A stretch of DNA of 64,000 nucleotides from Bacilli bacterium. Its GTDB lineage: Bacteria; Bacillota_I; Bacilli_A; RFN20; CAG-826. The stretch's first letter is position 1; every line of letters starts with the position of its first letter. The notes under the pieces are model-generated. The model saw only the letters and a list, made by a program, of their open reading frames with translations. It made no database searches and was not told the origin of the DNA. The DNA is taken from assembly GCA_045631885.1 (NCBI GenBank), contig JAZQVN010000035.1:67726-131725 (forward strand). The letters are read 5' to 3'. Below are positions 29,295-38,739 of the stretch, one piece after another. Position numbers and translations under genes: made by a program.

Positions 29295-30212
29295 TTATTG
29301 TTTGTCTTTTTTACCAATGTTAATTAAATAGTTTTCTAGATAGACATCATAAAGAATATCAACAGGGACTTTTCCAGCGTTATATCTATCTGCGAGTAGT
29401 TGAATAATATCGACAGGGATATAAACGTCATCACCTTCATAATAGAACTTAGACTCTAACTCCGCTAAATGTGCAATCGCATTACTAACTTTTGGGAATT
29501 CAAAATCAGGTGATTCTTTGTAATATCGCTCAATGCTTTTAGTGACATGTTTATTTGTTAGATTATGAACTATTCTTAATAGTTGGCAAATACCAAAACT
29601 AATAGCGATTATTAATAGTAATGATACGGACCATGGAATGTATTTATCAGTGTAATAATGATCATTCCATTCTTTTAAGATAATGACCATGATGAGATAA
29701 ACAATCATATATATGGCAACAGGAATTAATGCAATGAATGAAAAAGAAAACTTGATGCGTGTATCAGAAATAACAAGCACAAATAGCAAGGTAATTAAAA
29801 GGGGATTAATGGTGTGCGTAAATAATTTAGCGTTAGTAAACATCGCTTTTACAAATCCTTGATACGCACTGATGATAGTTATCGCAACAAAGAAAGTTAA
29901 AAACACTCCAACAGCGCCGACATACATCACGATTACAATCCAAGAAGGAAGTTTATATCTATCTCTTCTTAGACCATCAATTTGGAAAGGAAGACACATC
30001 GCAGCAGAAAAAGCAGCGATGATGTTTGAGATGGTTGTAAACATTTTAAAAGTGCCAACACCAGCTTCTGAACTACCGCTATCAAAGAAGTCTGTTAGGC
30101 TTAAAGATAAGGCAACAAAGGTCATCACTATAACTAATGAACAAATAACGATGCCAGAAATAAAACGCATTTTGTTGATTTTTCTAGCGTTAACAATTGG
30201 TTTCTCTTTCAT
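29295..30212 (-). CDS. Membrane protein, unknown function
   Basis: 305-aa ORF with about 7 TM helices and a soluble C-terminal tail. Confidence 0.5.
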   Translation of the reverse strand: MKEKPIVNARKINKMRFISGIVICSLVIVMTFVALSLSLTDFFDSGSSEAGVGTFKMFTTISNIIAAFSAAMCLPFQIDGLRRDRYKLPSWIVIVMYVGAVGVFLTFFVAITIISAYQGFVKAMFTNAKLFTHTINPLLITLLFVLVISDTRIKFSFSFIALIPVAIYMIVYLIMVIILKEWNDHYYTDKYIPWSVSLLLIIAISFGICQLLRIVHNLTNKHVTKSIERYYKESPDFEFPKVSNAIAHLAELESKFYYEGDDVYIPVDIIQLLADRYNAGKVPVDILYDVYLENYLINIGKKDKQ

Positions 30213-30261
30213 AACTCTTATTATTCTATCATAACTAACGCGTGTTATATAATTTACGTAA

Positions 30262-31053
30262 ATGGAAGACTTTATTTATTTTCTTCAAGGTACAATGGAA
30301 GAACCAGAAGTTATTTCTTGGTTCCATTTTATCGCGTTAATTCCAATTATCGCTTTCGCAATATTAATTCCTCTATTCTTTAGAAACAGCGAAGAAAAAA
30401 TATACAAAAAAATCCTCTTTATCTTTTGGGTTGTTCTAATAATATTAGAAATCTTTAAACAATTAGTTAAATCGTTTCACTATGGAGATCTATCTTATTG
30501 GGAATATAGTGTTCGTGATTTTCCATTTAGCATATGCTCAATGCCTTATTATTTCATTCCAATCATTTTATTTGTTAATAAAGAAAAGCATCCAAAGATT
30601 GTCGATGCCGCTACTGGATATTTGTGTTTGATTACTTTAGCCGCAGGAATTGTGGTTTGTATTTACCCGAAAATGGCAACATCAACTTTAATATATATCA
30701 ACATTCAGACTTTCATCCATCATGGTTCTCAAGTGGTCTTAGGCATTTTCATTTTCGTCTGGAATAGAAAGAATATTACTATCAAAACATTTTATAGAAG
30801 TTTGATTGCCTTTCTCATTACCGCGGTGATTGCTATTATTATCAATGTGGCTTTTTATCCAAACTTCATCAACATGTTCTTTATTAACCCAACAAGAATC
30901 ACTAATTTACCTGTGGGCGATATCGTTCAAGAAAAAGTTGGGTATCCAATATATCTAATTGCTTTCTTAGCCACCATTGCTTTAGTAACTTTCTTAACTT
31001 ATTTAGTAGAAACTTCGATTTACAAAGCGATAACAAAAAAGGCAAAATCTTAA
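30262..31053 (+). CDS. Membrane protein (tentatively YwaF/TIGR02206-like)
   Basis: 263-aa ORF with 7-8 TM helices. The family assignment comes from overall look only. Confidence 0.4.
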   Translation: MEDFIYFLQGTMEEPEVISWFHFIALIPIIAFAILIPLFFRNSEEKIYKKILFIFWVVLIILEIFKQLVKSFHYGDLSYWEYSVRDFPFSICSMPYYFIPIILFVNKEKHPKIVDAATGYLCLITLAAGIVVCIYPKMATSTLIYINIQTFIHHGSQVVLGIFIFVWNRKNITIKTFYRSLIAFLITAVIAIIINVAFYPNFINMFFINPTRITNLPVGDIVQEKVGYPIYLIAFLATIALVTFLTYLVETSIYKAITKKAKS

Positions 31054-31056
31054 TAT

Positions 31057-31938
31057 ATGTACGAATACGCATTAATCATTTTATCAACAGTATTATTTGG
31101 TGGTCAGTTTATTGCCTTAAATGCCTACCAAGGGAAAAATGGCAAAAGCTTTCATAGCATTCTTTTCTTTTGTTCGGTGTTTAGTTTAACTGGCGCTTTA
31201 GTTTTCCTCGCGTTAAGTGGATTTCAAGTCTCCTTTTCTTGGTACACATTAATGTATGCCGCTATCGCCGCAGTTATACAAATTAGTTTACAGATTGTTG
31301 GCATCAAAGCTTTATCAATGGGGCGAGTTGAAATATATACATTATTCAATGTCGCAGGTGGTATGAGTGTTGCCTATATATTCGGTATCACTTACTTCCA
31401 AGAAGAGATTAAAGTCGCACATATTATCGGCATAGTCTTAGTTTTAATAGCTTTGCTAGTTCCAGTCATTTTTGATCGAAAATCCCAGCAAAAGTCCCGT
31501 ATTTTATTCTGGATTATGTGCATTTTTGTATTTCTTTCAAATGGATTTTTCGGTTCGATTAACAAAATACATATCGTCTCCGGAGAGGGATTATCCATCA
31601 AAGAATATATGTTTTATATGTATTCGTGCATCTTCATAATGAGTTCGATCTCGTTTGGTGTAATGGCATTATTTAAAAAGGACAGCACTAAGGTGTTATT
31701 CAATCCTTGGGCTCTCTTATTTGCTTTTATATATGGCCTAGTGAATAGCGTTGGTATGTTCTTACAATACTCATATGCGGACAAAGTCCCCGCTTCAATC
31801 TTATTCCCATTATCAAACGGGGGTTCGTTAGTTTTCGGTCTAATCATCGGTTGCATCGCTTACAAAAAGAAACCAACACTACCAGATATAATTCAAATAA
31901 TTATCGCTGTTGCGGGAATGGTTTTATTTATCATTTAA
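31057..31938 (+). CDS. DMT-superfamily (EamA-like) membrane transporter, tentative
   Basis: 293-aa ORF with 10 TM helices in a 5+5 arrangement, 3 nt after the previous gene. Confidence 0.4.
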   Translation: MYEYALIILSTVLFGGQFIALNAYQGKNGKSFHSILFFCSVFSLTGALVFLALSGFQVSFSWYTLMYAAIAAVIQISLQIVGIKALSMGRVEIYTLFNVAGGMSVAYIFGITYFQEEIKVAHIIGIVLVLIALLVPVIFDRKSQQKSRILFWIMCIFVFLSNGFFGSINKIHIVSGEGLSIKEYMFYMYSCIFIMSSISFGVMALFKKDSTKVLFNPWALLFAFIYGLVNSVGMFLQYSYADKVPASILFPLSNGGSLVFGLIIGCIAYKKKPTLPDIIQIIIAVAGMVLFII

Positions 31939-31963
31939 AAAACAGTCCTTAATGGTCATAGTT

Positions 31964-33742
31964 TTATTCAACCGTCACACTTTTGGCTAAGTTTCTTGGT
32001 TTATCAACGTTATATCCTTTTAACAAAGAAACGAAATACGCTAAATAGAAGGCGATTGACGATATGACAACGCTCGATAGATAAAAGGCATAATCATTCA
32101 CCACAATTGTGTCACCGGATTGAGAAAGGCTTTTTGTCACGATGGTATAAACTTTCGCACCTCTAGATTTAACCTCTTCAATGTTGCCTCTCATACTACT
32201 TGCTGTGTCTGGATCAGTAATGAAGACGATAACAGGAAGGTCTTGTTCAATTAATGCGATTGGTCCGTGTTTAAGTTCTCCACCCGGAATTGCTTCACTA
32301 TGGATATAACTAATTTCTTTTAATTTCAAAGAAGCTTCTAAAGAAAGGAAATAATCAAAACCTCGGCCCAAATAGAAGATGTTTTGTTTATCTTTGATAC
32401 CTTCAGCGACACGCATAATCGCTGGTTTATAATGGTCTTGAATATCGTAAATAATATCAATGGATTTATTTAGATCATTAATAAGTTGAGAGTCATTTTT
32501 TAAAGCCGCAGCTAGCATGGATAGCAAAGTAACTTGCGCAACGTATGCTTTTGTAGAAGCCACAGAAACTTCAATTCCACTATAGAGTAATAATGAGTAC
32601 ATTGAGTTCCTATCCAAAGTAGATCCGCCAGTGTTCGTGATAATTAAATTTTTTAAATTATTTTCCTTCACAATTCTTAAACAATGAATCAAGTCAGCGG
32701 TCTCACCGGATTGAGAAATCATGATAATAAATGGCTTTTTGCCAGGAAAAGTCGGATGAAAGGCCCATTCAGACGCAATAAAACGAGAGACAGATTTATC
32801 GTATTTTTCAAAATAACGACCACCAACCAAACCGGCGTGATAAGAAGTTCCACAAGCAATAAAAATAATGTGATCGGATTCTTCTAAATCTCGTATTAGA
32901 CGCGAGTCAAATTGATACTCCCCATTTTGATAATATGTGCTTATCAAACGTTTGACGGTTTGAGGGATCTCTTCAATTTCTTTAATCATATAGTGTGGGT
33001 AACCCTTTAAGTCATGAGAGATTAATTCCACATCTTTAGAAATGGTTTCTTTTTGAATCTCTTCGCCTGCAAGATTATAAAATGTCGCTTTGTCTTTAGT
33101 GATTACACCAAATTCCAAATCATCTAATTCAATGAAAGAATTGGTGTATTCAATCATAGGAGAGGCATCTGACGCAACCAAGTTAAAACCATCACCTAAA
33201 CCAATAACTAAAGGCGATGCATTTTTAATAACAAATAAAGAGTTCGCATCATCACTAGTAAAAAAAGCAAAAGCATAACTACCCTTCACTAACCTCATAA
33301 TCGTTTTAATAGATCCAATAATGTCACCTTTTTCAAGGTAATAGTATTCCAATAAATTTGCGATAATCTCAGTATCCGTTTCACCATAGAAACAATAGCT
33401 CTTTTCCGTGAGGAAATTTCTCAATTCTTTAAAATTCTCAATTACTCCGTTATGAACAAGACAAATCTTTCTATGGAATGATAAATGTGGGTGGGTATTT
33501 AGTTTTGTCGGAGCTCCATGTGTGGCCCATCTTGTATGACCAATCATAATATTGGTGATAATTTCTTTTGGGACTATGGTTAAAAGATGTTCAACACTTC
33601 CGACATCTTTATATATTTGAACACCATTATCAAAAAAAGCCACACCAGCAGAATCATAACCGCGATAATCAAGCATCTTTAATCCTTTAAAAACGTATTT
33701 TTTTGGGCTAATAAAGCCAATAGAGCCAACAATACCACACAT
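31964..33742 (-). CDS. glmS: Glutamine--fructose-6-phosphate aminotransferase
   Basis: MCGIVG N-terminal nucleophile, SIS-domain blocks (GTSYHAG, SQSGETAD), and C-terminal ...SVTVE. Confidence 0.95.
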   Translation of the reverse strand: MCGIVGSIGFISPKKYVFKGLKMLDYRGYDSAGVAFFDNGVQIYKDVGSVEHLLTIVPKEIITNIMIGHTRWATHGAPTKLNTHPHLSFHRKICLVHNGVIENFKELRNFLTEKSYCFYGETDTEIIANLLEYYYLEKGDIIGSIKTIMRLVKGSYAFAFFTSDDANSLFVIKNASPLVIGLGDGFNLVASDASPMIEYTNSFIELDDLEFGVITKDKATFYNLAGEEIQKETISKDVELISHDLKGYPHYMIKEIEEIPQTVKRLISTYYQNGEYQFDSRLIRDLEESDHIIFIACGTSYHAGLVGGRYFEKYDKSVSRFIASEWAFHPTFPGKKPFIIMISQSGETADLIHCLRIVKENNLKNLIITNTGGSTLDRNSMYSLLLYSGIEVSVASTKAYVAQVTLLSMLAAALKNDSQLINDLNKSIDIIYDIQDHYKPAIMRVAEGIKDKQNIFYLGRGFDYFLSLEASLKLKEISYIHSEAIPGGELKHGPIALIEQDLPVIVFITDPDTASSMRGNIEEVKSRGAKVYTIVTKSLSQSGDTIVVNDYAFYLSSVVISSIAFYLAYFVSLLKGYNVDKPRNLAKSVTVE

Positions 33743-33767
33743 TTAACAATGTCCTCCTATATTTATT

Positions 33768-36335
33768 CTAGAAAATTTCTTTTCGTACAATAGTTTGATT
33801 TTTATCTGGGCCAACTGAAACCATAACTACAGGTACACCCACTTCTTTTTCGATGAATTCGACAAATTTTTTCACATTAACTGGAAGTTCATCATATGTT
33901 TTAACATTACTAATATCTTCACTCCATCCATTTAACTCAGAATAAATTGGTTTACATTCTCTTAACACTGCGTCAGAAGCAGGCAAAGTATTAATTAAGT
34001 GGCCTTTATAATTATAATGAGTACAAACCGCCACTTTTTTAAAACCGGTTAAAACATCCATAAGTGTTAAACAAATATAAGAAATGGAATTAATCTGAAC
34101 TGAATATTTCAAAGCGGGTAAATCCAAAAAGCCAATTCTTCTTGGACGGTGAGTAACTGTACCATATTCATGGCCCTTTTCCCTAATTAAATCACCAATA
34201 TCATTAATTTGTTCGGTTGGGAAAGCCCCTTCCCCCACTCTTGTTTCATAAACTTTAACAACACCCAATATGTCATCAACACCATGACAGCCAATACCGG
34301 TTCCATCAACTGTACCTCCAGAAGTAACGTTTGAAGAAGTAACATATGGATAACTACCAAAATCGACATCCAACAAAGCCCCTTGAGCCCCTTCAAATAA
34401 GATGTTCTTTTTGGCCTTTCTCGCTTCGCCTATCATATAAACGGTATCCGCTACCATCGGGCGAATATAATTAGCGAGTTCAATATATTCTTTAACAGTT
34501 TTATCATAGTCAATTGGATTACCACCCATATCGACGATTTGTTTATTTTTTATCATTAACAAATTTTTATAAAGAGCCGGGAAATCTTCGCTAACAAAAT
34601 CTACCATCCTCATACCAACGCGGCTTATTTTATCTGCATAAGCAGGGCCAATTCCACGTTTAGTAGTGCCGATTCTCTTATCTCCAAGAGCGGCTTCGTT
34701 TAGACGATCTAATTCAATATGGTGGTCGAATAAAACATGCGCTCTATCTGAGACATATATGTTTTTCGCGGAAAATCCCATAGATTTGATTTCTTCCACC
34801 TCTTCTTTAAATGCTCTTGGGTTGATAACCATCCCATTAGCGAGTATGCATTTCACATTTTCATTAAATACACCTGAAGGAATTAATCTTAATGCGTATT
34901 TACGGCCACCAAAAACAATCGTGTGACCGGCATTATTACCACCTTGATATCTAATTACAACATCGGCTTTTTCAGAAAGGAAGTTAGTGATTTTGCCCTT
35001 ACCTTCATCACCCCATTGGGAACCTAAAACAAGTAATGATTTTCCAGGTTTCAATCTCTTATAGATATTATCTATATTCTTAAGATAATAATCTTCATCA
35101 AAACATTCAATAATCTCTTCTTTGTTCAACACCTTGTTAATATGTTCATCTTCAAGTAATAAGTTTTTAAACGGTTGTTTTTCATTTAATGTTTTAAAGG
35201 CAATTGATTGAACTAAATCATAAGCTTCTTCTCTAGACATCCCTTTGTTAATGAGTTTATTTAAAACACCACCAGAATAAGTGATTCCATAATTTAGAAG
35301 AATGTTTTCATTCATTTTTTCAGTATTAACCACTAGGTCTTTACAAATTTGTGTAAATCTTTTAAGCATGTAGTCTAGAAGAGTGCAAGCATCAGGGATA
35401 ATAATACGTTCAGCAGAACTATGAGAAATATCTCTTTCATGCCACAAATTGTTATCTTCTAAAGCCACATCGACATAACTTCTCATAATGCGAGCGCAAC
35501 CACAAATATTTTCAGAACCAATAGGATTCTTTTTGTGTGGCATTGCGCTACTACCTTTTTGTCCTTTTAAAAATAGTTCTTGGACTTCACTAATTTCACT
35601 ACGAGATAGGTGCCTAATTTCAGTTGCCATCTTTTCTAAACAAGAAGCGATTTGTGCTAAGGAAAAAATATAGCCAGCATGTCTATCTCGAGAAAGAACT
35701 TGTGTTGATATTCTCGCAAAATTCATACCTAATTTGTTAGCGACATATTCTTCCACTTCCATCGGAATGTTTGCGTAGTTACCAACAGCGCCAGAAAGTT
35801 TAATTACTTCAACGTTATTTCTTTCATTTAAAAATCTTTCTCGACATCTATTTAATTCATCAAACCAAAGAGCCCATTTAAGACCAAATGAGGTGATTTC
35901 TGCATGCATTCCATGGGTTCTCCCTATGATTGGTTGGTGTTTATACTTTTCCGCCATTACTTTGGTGACAGAAATTAAATTATCCAAATCGTCTAAAAGA
36001 AGATTGTTAGCGTATTTCAAAGTTAAAGACTGGGCACTGTCAACAACATCAGTAGATGTAAGTGAATAATGAAACCATTTTTTCTCTTCGCCTAATTGAT
36101 GCGAAATAGAACGAGTAAAAGCAATAACGTCGTGTTTAGTAACCGCTTCTATTTCTTCAATGCTTTTTAAATCAACATGTGCTTTTTTAACGATAGCTTT
36201 GTAATCTTGTTCGGGCACAATGCCTAATTTAAAATACGCTTCAATAACTGTTTCTTCAATTATGAGGTAGTTATTAAATCTATTTTTATCAGAAAAAATC
36301 TCTTCAAATTCTTTATGGGAATACCTTTTAATCAT
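33768..36335 (-). CDS. purB/purA: Fused adenylosuccinate lyase (N-terminal) / adenylosuccinate synthetase (C-terminal)
   Basis: A single 855-aa frame. Residues 1 to about 428 carry PurB features (SLTSTD, GSSAMPHKKNP). From about residue 433, SLLVLGSQWGDEGKGKITNFL, GGNNAGHT and GTTKRGIGP mark PurA. The junction ...IYKRL-KPGK-SLLVLG has no stop and no ATG. Confidence 0.85.
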   Translation of the reverse strand: MIKRYSHKEFEEIFSDKNRFNNYLIIEETVIEAYFKLGIVPEQDYKAIVKKAHVDLKSIEEIEAVTKHDVIAFTRSISHQLGEEKKWFHYSLTSTDVVDSAQSLTLKYANNLLLDDLDNLISVTKVMAEKYKHQPIIGRTHGMHAEITSFGLKWALWFDELNRCRERFLNERNNVEVIKLSGAVGNYANIPMEVEEYVANKLGMNFARISTQVLSRDRHAGYIFSLAQIASCLEKMATEIRHLSRSEISEVQELFLKGQKGSSAMPHKKNPIGSENICGCARIMRSYVDVALEDNNLWHERDISHSSAERIIIPDACTLLDYMLKRFTQICKDLVVNTEKMNENILLNYGITYSGGVLNKLINKGMSREEAYDLVQSIAFKTLNEKQPFKNLLLEDEHINKVLNKEEIIECFDEDYYLKNIDNIYKRLKPGKSLLVLGSQWGDEGKGKITNFLSEKADVVIRYQGGNNAGHTIVFGGRKYALRLIPSGVFNENVKCILANGMVINPRAFKEEVEEIKSMGFSAKNIYVSDRAHVLFDHHIELDRLNEAALGDKRIGTTKRGIGPAYADKISRVGMRMVDFVSEDFPALYKNLLMIKNKQIVDMGGNPIDYDKTVKEYIELANYIRPMVADTVYMIGEARKAKKNILFEGAQGALLDVDFGSYPYVTSSNVTSGGTVDGTGIGCHGVDDILGVVKVYETRVGEGAFPTEQINDIGDLIREKGHEYGTVTHRPRRIGFLDLPALKYSVQINSISYICLTLMDVLTGFKKVAVCTHYNYKGHLINTLPASDAVLRECKPIYSELNGWSEDISNVKTYDELPVNVKKFVEFIEKEVGVPVVMVSVGPDKNQTIVRKEIF

Positions 36336-36354
36336 AAGTCCGATTTACTTCTTA

Positions 36355-38448
36355 TTAATGCTCGCTAAATAATAGTTCTTCGTATGTTGGCATTGGCCAA
36401 TAATGTTTTGGCATCAATGTTTCACATTCATCAACAACTTTTCTTAACTCCGCCATTAATGGTAATAATTTATCTTTGATAAAGAACGCTTGTTTTTCAA
36501 CGTCTTCAATCTTAGTAGCATCTTCGTATTTTGTTTCTAAACTTTCCACATCAACGCTAATTTTGGTCAAGTTTCCAGTGAGTTTATTAAGAATGGAAAT
36601 TTGATAATCAGTTGAAATATCTTTGCCAATAGCTTTGATTTCATTAACATTTTTCGCTAATTTGCCAATATATTTGTTAATTGCTGGCAAGATGTCTCTT
36701 TTCGCCATACGAATCATTGTTCTTGCTTCGATTTCCAAAGTCTTAACATAATTTTCAAAATCTATTTCTTGTCTGGCTTTTAATTCTTCTAGGCCTAAAA
36801 CTTTTTCTTCTGCGAATAATTTGACATTCTTTTCGTCAATGAGATGCACTAGTGCATCTGGAGTGGTTGGATAATTACATAAACCACGTTTCTCCGCTTC
36901 TAAAACCCAAGCATCGTTATAGCCGTTACCAGAGAATAAAATACGTTCATGCTTTTCAACTGTCTCTTTAACTAAATCGTGAATAGCTTTATCTAAATTA
37001 TCAGCGCTTTCTAAAACATCAGCGAACTCTTTTAAAGAATTAGCCACCGCTGTATTAAGGACCATATTTGCATCACTAACCGCTTTATTAGATCCTGGCA
37101 TTCTAAATTCAAATTTATTGCCGGTATAGGCAAAAGGAGATGTTCTATTTCTATCGGTATTGTCTTTATGAATACTTGGTAAGACATCACTGCCTAACAA
37201 AATCTTTTCCTTATGAGATTCATAAGTCATTTCATCATTAACAATAGCTTTTAAAACTTTTGTCAATTCATCGCCTAAGAAAATTGAAATAATAGCTGGT
37301 GGGGCTTCATTCTTGCCTAAACGATGATCGTTAGAAGCTGAAGCAACGCTTATTCTAAGTAAGTCTTGATATTCATCAACCGCTTTAATGACTGCTGCTA
37401 AAAACAGCAAGAATATTCTATTTTCAAACGGAGTATCACCTGGGTGTAATAGGTTGATACCAGTGTCAGTAGAAATAGACCAGTTATTATGCTTACCACT
37501 ACCATTCACACCATCAAATGGTTTTTCGTGGAACAAAACAACAAAGCGATGTTTGTCAGCTATCTTTGTCATAATTTCCATCACGAGTTGGTTTTGGTCG
37601 CATGCCAAATTACATGTTGTATAAATATTAGCTAATTCATGTTGAGAAGGCGCCACTTCATTATGCTCCGTTTTAGCGGCGATTCCTAATTTCCAAAGTT
37701 CTTTATCAAGTTCTTCCATAAAAGCACTGACTCTTGGCTTAATAACACCAAAATAATGGTCGTCCAATTCTTGACCTTTAGGTGATGGGGCTCCATACAA
37801 AGTTCTGCCAGTGAGAATCAAATCTAATCTTTTTTCAAACAATGCTTTATCGACAAGGAAATATTCTTGTTCGGGACCAACATTAGTAACAATATGTTTG
37901 ATGTCATTCATTTTTAAAGCTTTAAATACTCTTAATGCTTGTTTGTTCAAAGCATCAATACTTCTTAGTAAGGGTGTCTTCTTATCAAGAGCGTATCCAC
38001 CATAAGAACAAAATGCTGTTGGAATGCACAAAGTGCGACCTTTGATAAAAGCATAACTTGTCGGATCCCAAGCGGTGTAGCCTCTTGCTTCAAATGTGCT
38101 TCTTAATCCGCCAGAAGGGAAGGAAGAAGCATCAGGTTCTCCTTTAATAAGTTCTTTCCCTGATAATTCTAATACGGGGTTACCGGATTCAACCTCGCTC
38201 AAAAAACTTTCGTGCTTTTCAGCGGTAATACCTGTTAATGGTTGGAACCAGTGAGTATAATGGGTCGCCCCGTTTGCAATAGCCCAATCTTTCATCGCTT
38301 CTGCGATTTTAGTGGCTAAAGATGAGTCAAGCGATTCACCGTTTTTAATTGTCTGTTCTAATTTTTCAAAAACATCTTTGCTCAATGCGTTGCGCATCGC
38401 ATTTTCATTGAACACTAGTTTTCCGAATTCTTCTGGAACTATTTTCAT
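36355..38448 (-). CDS. glnN: Glutamine synthetase, type III
   Basis: 697 aa. N-terminal ...DWAIANGATHYTHWFQPLTG and the central catalytic blocks are typical of GSIII rather than GSI. Confidence 0.85.
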   Translation of the reverse strand: MKIVPEEFGKLVFNENAMRNALSKDVFEKLEQTIKNGESLDSSLATKIAEAMKDWAIANGATHYTHWFQPLTGITAEKHESFLSEVESGNPVLELSGKELIKGEPDASSFPSGGLRSTFEARGYTAWDPTSYAFIKGRTLCIPTAFCSYGGYALDKKTPLLRSIDALNKQALRVFKALKMNDIKHIVTNVGPEQEYFLVDKALFEKRLDLILTGRTLYGAPSPKGQELDDHYFGVIKPRVSAFMEELDKELWKLGIAAKTEHNEVAPSQHELANIYTTCNLACDQNQLVMEIMTKIADKHRFVVLFHEKPFDGVNGSGKHNNWSISTDTGINLLHPGDTPFENRIFLLFLAAVIKAVDEYQDLLRISVASASNDHRLGKNEAPPAIISIFLGDELTKVLKAIVNDEMTYESHKEKILLGSDVLPSIHKDNTDRNRTSPFAYTGNKFEFRMPGSNKAVSDANMVLNTAVANSLKEFADVLESADNLDKAIHDLVKETVEKHERILFSGNGYNDAWVLEAEKRGLCNYPTTPDALVHLIDEKNVKLFAEEKVLGLEELKARQEIDFENYVKTLEIEARTMIRMAKRDILPAINKYIGKLAKNVNEIKAIGKDISTDYQISILNKLTGNLTKISVDVESLETKYEDATKIEDVEKQAFFIKDKLLPLMAELRKVVDECETLMPKHYWPMPTYEELLFSEH

Positions 38449-38485
38449 TTTATTTTTCTCCTATTCAATTCAAATTTTTAAGTGA

Positions 38486-38737
38486 TTATTTCGGTCTTTG
38501 TAATCTAATAAAATGTTGTCGGAACACCAAAACTTCATTTATGTTCAATTCACTCTTTCTGTAAGTGATTTTTGGACCAATAGAGAGAACAATACCTACT
38601 GGATTCTTGCTTCGGATGAAAGTCGTCGGATAGGCCGAAAGCAATACCTCGCAATAGGCATTATTCTCTCTTATTCTCTTAGAAATCATTTCACGAGATA
38701 GAACATCAAAATCAGTAAAAAACATTTGGTTTTGCAT
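38486..38737 (-). CDS. Hypothetical 83-aa protein between pyrG and glnN
   Basis: The ATG lies 2 nt after the pyrG stop, with AGAAGG 9 nt upstream. The sequence is non-repetitive and looks beta-rich. No family recognised. Confidence 0.4.
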   Translation of the reverse strand: MQNQMFFTDFDVLSREMISKRIRENNAYCEVLLSAYPTTFIRSKNPVGIVLSIGPKITYRKSELNINEVLVFRQHFIRLQRPK

Positions 38738-38739
38738 AC

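Noticed and set aside
38449-38739. Riboswitch, T-box or GlnR/TnrA-box leader for glnN
   Set aside because: I found no TGTNA-N7-TNACA box, no T-box AGAGA/specifier/terminator architecture, and no recognisable glutamine-riboswitch fold by eye. The interval is almost filled by an 83-aa ORF. This remains an open alternative rather than a claim.
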